DNA of 47,553 nucleotides, from assembly GCA_046331705.1 (NCBI GenBank), contig JAXLQJ010000056.1, positions 1-47,553 on the forward strand, written 5' to 3'. Made by a program: the position numbers and the translations under genes. This DNA is from a bacterium. GTDB taxonomy: Bacteria > JADJOY01. Below are positions 41,989 to 47,553 of the stretch, piece after piece; position 1 is the first letter of the stretch; each line of letters opens with the position of its first letter. The notes under the pieces were generated by a model that saw only the letters and a program-made list of their open reading frames with translations, made no database searches and was not told the DNA's origin.

Positions 41989-43440
41989 GTGAAAGCACTC
42001 CTGATCGACGCCTACAACCCGCCGTCTTCGACGGCAGGGGCTTACTCCACCTTCCTGGAACCGATGCCACCCATCGCCATCGCCTACGTGGCGGGGGCGC
42101 TGGAAGCGGGCGGCCACGAGGTCGCGTTCTACGACCAGGTCGCCGACCGCGGCGATCCGGTGCGTCTGGAAGAGACGCTCAAGCGCGTTCGCCCCGACAT
42201 GGTCGGGCTGTCGGCGGTCACGCCTTCGGCAGCCGCGAACTTCCGCACGGCGCAGGCGGTGCGCAAGGTGCTTCCCCAGGTGCCGATCGTGATGGGGAAC
42301 ATCCACGCCGACATCTTCTACCGCTCGATCCTCGAGCGCGGCCTCGCCGACGTGGTCGTCCACGGCGAGGGCGAGGTCACCGTCGTCGATCTCGCCAACA
42401 CGCTCGAGCGCGGCGGGGACCTGGCGGCGGTGCAGGGCATCAGCTTCCTGCGCGATGGCCAGGTCCTGCGCACGCCCACCCGTGCGTTCGTGCAGGACAT
42501 GGATTCGCTGCCCAAGCCGGCCTGGCACCTCTTCCCGATCGACGGCTATCGCATCTTCGCGTTCGCACGCGTTCAGGAGCCGGGCACGCTCATCAACGGA
42601 TCGCGCGGCTGCCCGTACGCCTGTACGTTCTGCAGCCTCAAGATCATGGGGCACAAGCGCCGCGTCCGCAGCGCCAAGAGCCTGGTGGACGAGATCGAGT
42701 GGTTGCACTCGGAGTTCGGCTATCGCCAGGTTTCCTTCACGGATCCCATCTTCCCGATCACGCGCAAGGAAGGCCTCGCGTTCTGCCACGAGATGGTGCG
42801 GCGCGGTCTCCACGAGAAAGTCGTGTGGGTGACCGAGACCCGCGTCGACAACGTCGATCCGGAGCTGCTGGACGCGATGTCGGAGGCTGGCTGCCGCCGG
42901 ATCATGTACGGCTTCGAGACCGGCGACGAGGACGTCCTCGACAGCATCAAGAAGAACTTCTCGCTCGAGCGCGCTCGCGAGGCGGCGCGCTGGAGCCGCA
43001 AGGCGGGCATCCAGGTCATCGGCTTCTTCATGATCGGCATGCCGCACGACACGCCCGAGCGGATCAAGCGCACCATCGACTTCGCGTGCAACACCGGCAT
43101 CGACTTCGCGAAGTTCACGGTGTTCGTGCCCTATCCGGGAACGGACGACTACGCGCTGCTCGACGGCATGGGCGATTGGGTGGAGACCGGCTTCTCCGAG
43201 GACGAGACCATCTGGGAGCGATTCACCAGCTACCCGACCAAGCAGAACGTGCCGATCTACATCGCGCCGGCGCTCACCAACGAGAAGCTGATCCGGCTGC
43301 AGAAGCTGGCGCTCTTCCGCTTCTACGCGAACCCCAAGATGCTCTTCCATCACCTGGTGCGCGTGCGCTCGATCAAGCTCTCCGAGATGGTGAAGGGCGC
43401 CGCGGTGATCCTCGACCTGCCGCGTCTCGCCGCCGCGTGA
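41989..43440 (+). CDS. cobalamin-binding (class B) radical SAM protein
   Basis: N-terminal B12 domain (PDMVGLS, MGNIHA, VVHGEGE), SRGCPYACTFC, GFETG, GFFMIGMP, PYPGT. Confidence 0.9.
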   Translation: MKALLIDAYNPPSSTAGAYSTFLEPMPPIAIAYVAGALEAGGHEVAFYDQVADRGDPVRLEETLKRVRPDMVGLSAVTPSAAANFRTAQAVRKVLPQVPIVMGNIHADIFYRSILERGLADVVVHGEGEVTVVDLANTLERGGDLAAVQGISFLRDGQVLRTPTRAFVQDMDSLPKPAWHLFPIDGYRIFAFARVQEPGTLINGSRGCPYACTFCSLKIMGHKRRVRSAKSLVDEIEWLHSEFGYRQVSFTDPIFPITRKEGLAFCHEMVRRGLHEKVVWVTETRVDNVDPELLDAMSEAGCRRIMYGFETGDEDVLDSIKKNFSLERAREAARWSRKAGIQVIGFFMIGMPHDTPERIKRTIDFACNTGIDFAKFTVFVPYPGTDDYALLDGMGDWVETGFSEDETIWERFTSYPTKQNVPIYIAPALTNEKLIRLQKLALFRFYANPKMLFHHLVRVRSIKLSEMVKGAAVILDLPRLAAA

Positions 43441-44420
43441 GCTCGGCGCGCACCGCTCCTCTCGCCGATCCCCAGCGCAAGCCGAGCGATCCCGCCGCAT
43501 CGCTCGGCGCCTGGGTCGAGCTGGCGCGCCCCTTCACGCTGCTGGCGCCGGCCCTGGGGATCGCCTCCGCGGCCGCGGCGGCGATCGGCGCGGTCGCGCG
43601 CGGCGTGGTTCCGCCGCTCGGCACGGGGGCGGTGGCGGCCCGAGTCGTGGTGGCGATGCTCGTCGCCGCGACCCTCAACGCCGCGTCGAACGCCCTCAAC
43701 CAGGTGACGGACCTCGACGCCGATCGCATCAACAAGCCCGCGCGCCCGGTCCCGTCTGGCCGGATCTCGGCGCGCGCAGCGCTCGGCGCGTCGCTGGCGG
43801 CGTACGCGGCGGCGATCGCAGGCGCAGCGTGGGTGGGCGGCGCGTGCCTCGGCGCCGTGCTCGGCGGCGCCGCATGCACCATCGCGTATTCGGCGCCGCC
43901 GCTACGGTTCAAGCGTTTCGGCTGGCTCGCGAACGCGACCATCGCCGCATCGCGCGGGCTGCTGCTCACCGTCGCCGGCTGGTCGAGCGTGGCGCGCGTC
44001 GGCTGCGTGGACCCGTGGTGGATCGGCGCCACGATGGCGCTCTTCCTGCTGGGGGCCGCGTCCACCAAGGACTTCGCCGACATCGAGGGAGACCGCGCCG
44101 CCGGCTGCCTCACGCTCCCGGTTCGCCACGGCGTTCCCGGGACGATCCGTCGCATCCGCGCCGCGTTCGTGTGGCCGTTCCTGCTGCTTCCCCTCGGCGC
44201 GGTCACCGGGGCGCTCGCCGGCAATCCGTGGATCCTCGCCGTCGCGGGCGTGGGGCTCGCCGGGCTCGGCCGCTCCATCGTCGCCCAGCTCGAACGCGAG
44301 CCGCTCCGGATCGATTCGTCGGGAAATCACGTCACGTGGCGACGCATGTACCTCGCCATGCTCGCGACCCAGGTGGCGGTGGCGGTGGCGTATCTGTGGC
44401 CCGCGGCGCACGGGTTTTGA
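43437..44420 (+). CDS. UbiA-family prenyltransferase (homogentisate-prenyltransferase/DGGGPS-like)
   Basis: GTG overlaps upstream stop (GTGA); ELARPFTL, NALNQVTDLDADRINKPARPVPSG, YSAPPLRFKR, KDFADIEGDR..TLPV; multiple TM helices. Confidence 0.88.
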   Translation: MSSARTAPLADPQRKPSDPAASLGAWVELARPFTLLAPALGIASAAAAAIGAVARGVVPPLGTGAVAARVVVAMLVAATLNAASNALNQVTDLDADRINKPARPVPSGRISARAALGASLAAYAAAIAGAAWVGGACLGAVLGGAACTIAYSAPPLRFKRFGWLANATIAASRGLLLTVAGWSSVARVGCVDPWWIGATMALFLLGAASTKDFADIEGDRAAGCLTLPVRHGVPGTIRRIRAAFVWPFLLLPLGAVTGALAGNPWILAVAGVGLAGLGRSIVAQLEREPLRIDSSGNHVTWRRMYLAMLATQVAVAVAYLWPAAHGF

Positions 44421-44435
44421 CGGCGACCGACCACG

Positions 44436-45344
44436 ATGCTACGAACGCGGCCCATGCGCGAGGCTGGGAGATCACGCGCGAGCGTCGCTCGCCCGAGCAC
44501 CGCTCGCGTGAAACCGCTGCGGATCGGCTACTTCGGAGCCGAGGGGAGCTACTCGAGCTTCGCCGCCGCGCGTCGCTTCGCTCGGCAAGGCGCCGAGACG
44601 CGACCGTACCCCTTCATGGCCGACTTGATCCGCGACCTCACGTCGAACGCGCTCGACGGCGCGGTGGTTCCCATCGAGAACTCGATCGGCGGCTGGGTGG
44701 TCGACATCCTGGATCTGATCCACAGCGACGGCTATCGCGCCGGCGGCTTCCGGGTGGTGGAAGAGGTCACCATCCCGATCGTGATCTCGCTGGCCGGATT
44801 CACCGCGATCGAACGTGCACGGCGCCTCTACACCCACCGCTACTCGCTGCGCTGCGCGCGCGATTGGTTGCGCGAGACCCGTCCCGACATCGAGATCGTC
44901 GAGGTCCACAACACCGCGGAGGCGGCGGCACAGGCGGCGCGCGATCACGATGCCGTGGCGTTCGCCCACCGCAACGCCGCCGAGCAGCGCGGGCTGCCGA
45001 TCCTGATCGACGCCGTGCCCGTGCGCGAGGAAAACGCCACCCGCTTCTTCGTGGTGGCTCGCAAGGCGCTCTCGCGACGACGCCCCACCAAGAGCGCGCT
45101 GCTCTTCACGCTGCGCGACCGGCCGGGCGCGCTGCATCGCGTGCTCGGCGTCTTCGCGCGCGAACGACTCAACCTGAGCCGGCTCCATTCGCACGCGCTG
45201 GGCGCGGCGCTCGACGCCTACTCGTTCTTCGCCGAGATCGAATCGCCCGCCAGCAGCGCCGCGATGAAGCGCGCGCTGGCACGGCTGCCGCGCGCGACCT
45301 CGCAGCTCGAGGTGGTCGGCTCGTTCCCGGTCATCGCGGTCTGA
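44436..45344 (+). CDS. pheA: prephenate dehydratase-like protein (PDT plus ACT, no chorismate mutase); start may be GTG 44508
   Basis: YFGAEGSYS, VVPIENSIGG, NATRFFVV (TRF motif), ACT DRPGAL..NLSRL. Confidence 0.75.
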   Translation: MLRTRPMREAGRSRASVARPSTARVKPLRIGYFGAEGSYSSFAAARRFARQGAETRPYPFMADLIRDLTSNALDGAVVPIENSIGGWVVDILDLIHSDGYRAGGFRVVEEVTIPIVISLAGFTAIERARRLYTHRYSLRCARDWLRETRPDIEIVEVHNTAEAAAQAARDHDAVAFAHRNAAEQRGLPILIDAVPVREENATRFFVVARKALSRRRPTKSALLFTLRDRPGALHRVLGVFARERLNLSRLHSHALGAALDAYSFFAEIESPASSAAMKRALARLPRATSQLEVVGSFPVIAV

Positions 45345-45431
45345 ACGCCGCTGGCCGCACCGCTCCCGGCGCACGATGGCGCCGGCGGTCGGCGCGCGCC
45401 GGCCGATGCTCCAGGGCTCCCGCGGCGCCGG

Positions 45432-46964
45432 CTATGCGTCGTACCAGTCGGGCTTTCGAAGCACGGTGTACGCGTCGTGCCGGAAGCGGAAGAGCGATTG
45501 CTTCACCGACGAGAGCGCCACCCGCGCGGCGACGATGAGCCACCACACGTACATGTGGCGCTTGTATTTCTTGGAGCTGGTGAGACCGCGCACGAGCCAG
45601 CGCAGATTCACGTACTTCTTGTTCATCCGGTAGAGCAGATACGAGATCTCGTCGCGGCTCAGGTACTTCGACGGCATGACCGGAGTCATCCAGTCGAACT
45701 TGTTGAAGTCCTGCTCCTCGATCCAGCCTTCCGAGATCGCCTGATCCCAGATGGCGGTGCCGGGGATCGGCGTGATCGGGTGGAAGCCCGGGTAGTCGAG
45801 GTCGAGATCCCGCGCCAGCTCGACCTGCGCCATCATCGACTGCTCGGTCTCGTCGCGTATGCCGACGATGAACGTGGCCTGACGGAACACGCCGGGATAC
45901 TTGCTCTTGAGGATCTGGAACGCGTCGCGCACCAGCTTGCCGTTGTAGAAGCCCTTCTCGAAATCCTTGAGCTCGGGGTCTTCGGCGCGCTCGACGCCCA
46001 CGCAGAGGTGGCAGAGCCCCGAGCGCACCAGCTTCTCGAGGATCCCCTTGCGCTCGTCGCGCACCAGCGCATCGGCGCGCATGAACGCGAACCAATGGAG
46101 GTCGCCCAGATCACGCGACAACACTTCCTCGGCGAACGCCTCGTTCCAGCGCGGGTCCATGTTCCAGGACTCGTCGACGAAGACCAGGCAGCGCTTGCCG
46201 TAGCGGTGATAGACGAGATCGATCTCGTCCACGGTCTGCTGCACGGTCTTGTTGCGCCAGCGCGGCGTGTAATGGACCTTGTCGTCCTCGCCGACCTCCA
46301 CGTCCGCCATCTGCGTCCACCAGCCGCAGAACGAGCAGCGGCTCACGCAGCCGCGGCTGTGGTGCATGGTCATGCCGCCGGGCGAGAAGAGATACTTGCC
46401 CTTGCCGTAGTGCTCCATCGGCATGAGGTCGTAGGCGGGCATGGGGAGCGTGGCGAGATCCGGGATCAGCGCGCGCGGCTTGGTGCGCACGATCGCGCCG
46501 TCGCGCTTGAAGGCCACGCCGTCGACGGTCGCCAGATCGGTGCCGCCGTTCTCCCAGAACGACAAGAGCGAGCTCAGCGTGACCTCGCCCTCGCCGAGGA
46601 CCAGCGCGTCGACGTCCGTCTGATCCAGCGTCTGGCGGACCAGATTCGAGAAATGCGAGCCGCCGAGCACGACCTTGATGCGCCGGTCGACCTGGTGCGC
46701 GAGGTCCACCACCTTGAGCGCTTCGCCTGCGTAGAGCGCGTGGTTCTCGCCAACCGCGATCACGTCGGGCCGGTCGCGCTCGATCTCGTTGCGCAGCGAT
46801 TGCCAGCCCATCTGGATGGGCTGGCAGTCGAGGATCTTCACGTCGTGCCCCTGGGCGCGCGCGTACGCACCCAGGCACGCGAGCGATTGAGGCAACAGCC
46901 AGTTGTCGTCTTCGTTGACGAACGGCCAGTAATATCGTGGCGGCGAAACCAGCAGCAGCTTCAT
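45432..46964 (-). CDS. cobalamin-binding (class B) radical SAM protein
   Basis: MKLLLVSPP, PDVIAVG, GGSHF, GEGE, SRGCVSRCSFC, TPIPGT; ATG 46964 preferred. Confidence 0.9.
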   Translation of the reverse strand: MKLLLVSPPRYYWPFVNEDDNWLLPQSLACLGAYARAQGHDVKILDCQPIQMGWQSLRNEIERDRPDVIAVGENHALYAGEALKVVDLAHQVDRRIKVVLGGSHFSNLVRQTLDQTDVDALVLGEGEVTLSSLLSFWENGGTDLATVDGVAFKRDGAIVRTKPRALIPDLATLPMPAYDLMPMEHYGKGKYLFSPGGMTMHHSRGCVSRCSFCGWWTQMADVEVGEDDKVHYTPRWRNKTVQQTVDEIDLVYHRYGKRCLVFVDESWNMDPRWNEAFAEEVLSRDLGDLHWFAFMRADALVRDERKGILEKLVRSGLCHLCVGVERAEDPELKDFEKGFYNGKLVRDAFQILKSKYPGVFRQATFIVGIRDETEQSMMAQVELARDLDLDYPGFHPITPIPGTAIWDQAISEGWIEEQDFNKFDWMTPVMPSKYLSRDEISYLLYRMNKKYVNLRWLVRGLTSSKKYKRHMYVWWLIVAARVALSSVKQSLFRFRHDAYTVLRKPDWYDA

Positions 46965-47137
46965 TGGGATGGAAGAGAGAGCGGCGCGGACGGCTTCGCA
47001 GCGGGGATGGCCACCGTAAGCCGCGCCGCGCGAGGGAGTCAAATGCGCGGTCGCGCCGCGCACGGCGGCGCGCCGCGGTTGGCGATGGCGCCTGCAGAGC
47101 CCTACGCTTGGCCTGCTGCGCCGGGGGTTGTCGCGCC

Positions 47138-47553
47138 ATGTGGATCGAGCCGCTCGCCCGCACCGACGAGAGATCCCCGCCCCCCGCGGCGACTCCCGAC
47201 GATCGACGCCTGCTCGCCGATCTCACGGCGCGCACCGCGCTCGAGACACTCGCGCCGTCGCCGGGCGAGCCGCGCAACCGGCTGCGCCAGCGCGCTCTCG
47301 AGCTGGCGAGCGCGGGGCAGCTCGCCGTCGAGTGGAGCTCGTTCGCCGTCGCGCCCATCGAGCCGCGCGGCCGCGAACGGGACAACGCACGCGGCGAGGA
47401 ACGCGAGCGCAGCGCGCATCCCGAGTGGTATCGTTTCCTCGACGCACGCGCGCCCAATCACGCACTCAAGCGCATCGAGGCCGAGCTCTACCTCGGCCAC
47501 CTGCGGCGCCACCTCGGCGACCTCGGCGAGCACCCGCGCCTGCTCGATCTGGG
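47138..47553 (+). CDS. probable class I SAM-dependent methyltransferase, truncated by window end
   Basis: Own translation MWIEPLARTDE...HPEWYRFLDARAPNHALKRIEAELYL...HPRLLDL(G); open to the edge and ends at a motif-I-like LLDLG. Confidence 0.5.
   Translation, partial: MWIEPLARTDERSPPPAATPDDRRLLADLTARTALETLAPSPGEPRNRLRQRALELASAGQLAVEWSSFAVAPIEPRGRERDNARGEERERSAHPEWYRFLDARAPNHALKRIEAELYLGHLRRHLGDLGEHPRLLDL

Noticed and set aside
41989-46964. Bacteriochlorophyll cluster (bchE/bchQ/bchR plus bchG/bchK)
   Set aside because: Only family-level similarity; the UbiA motifs fit HPT/DGGGPS better and no other photosynthesis genes are in the window.
47102-47533. 143-aa minus-strand ORF
   Set aside because: Reads like the antisense of the plus-strand ORF starting at 47138, which ends in a methyltransferase-like motif.

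Overview
GC-rich bacterial window; the RpoA, RpoB, RpoC and L4 sequences look deltaproteobacteria-like (Myxococcota/Desulfobacterota-type, by inference). About 35 kb on the minus strand is the core translation/transcription supercluster. It runs proS-rlmB, tRNA Thr/Tyr/Gly/Thr, tuf, rpmG, tRNA-Trp, secE, nusG, rplKAJL, rpoBC, rpsLG, fusA, a second tuf, then the S10, spc and alpha operons, ending at rplQ plus a truncated membrane-protein gene. Departures from the canonical cluster: (1) rplC (L3) is absent, with the rpsJ stop overlapping the rplD start (TGATG); (2) RpoC has an ~80-aa helical insertion just before the NxPEWMI motif; (3) RpoB has an ~25-aa insertion; (4) there is no room for an L10 leader before rplJ, but a long structured rplJ-rplL spacer; (5) map and infA are absent. 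The right-hand ~12 kb is accessory. It holds pabB-pabC, a FadL-type outer-membrane channel / DUF4124-FxLYD protein / stand-alone MshEN (c-di-GMP-binding) trio, and a HEAT-repeat lipoprotein. It also holds a candidate uncharacterised biosynthetic locus: two cobalamin-binding radical SAM enzymes, a homogentisate-prenyltransferase-like UbiA enzyme, a divergent prephenate dehydratase and a truncated class I SAM methyltransferase. All calls come from reading motifs; no database searches were run.
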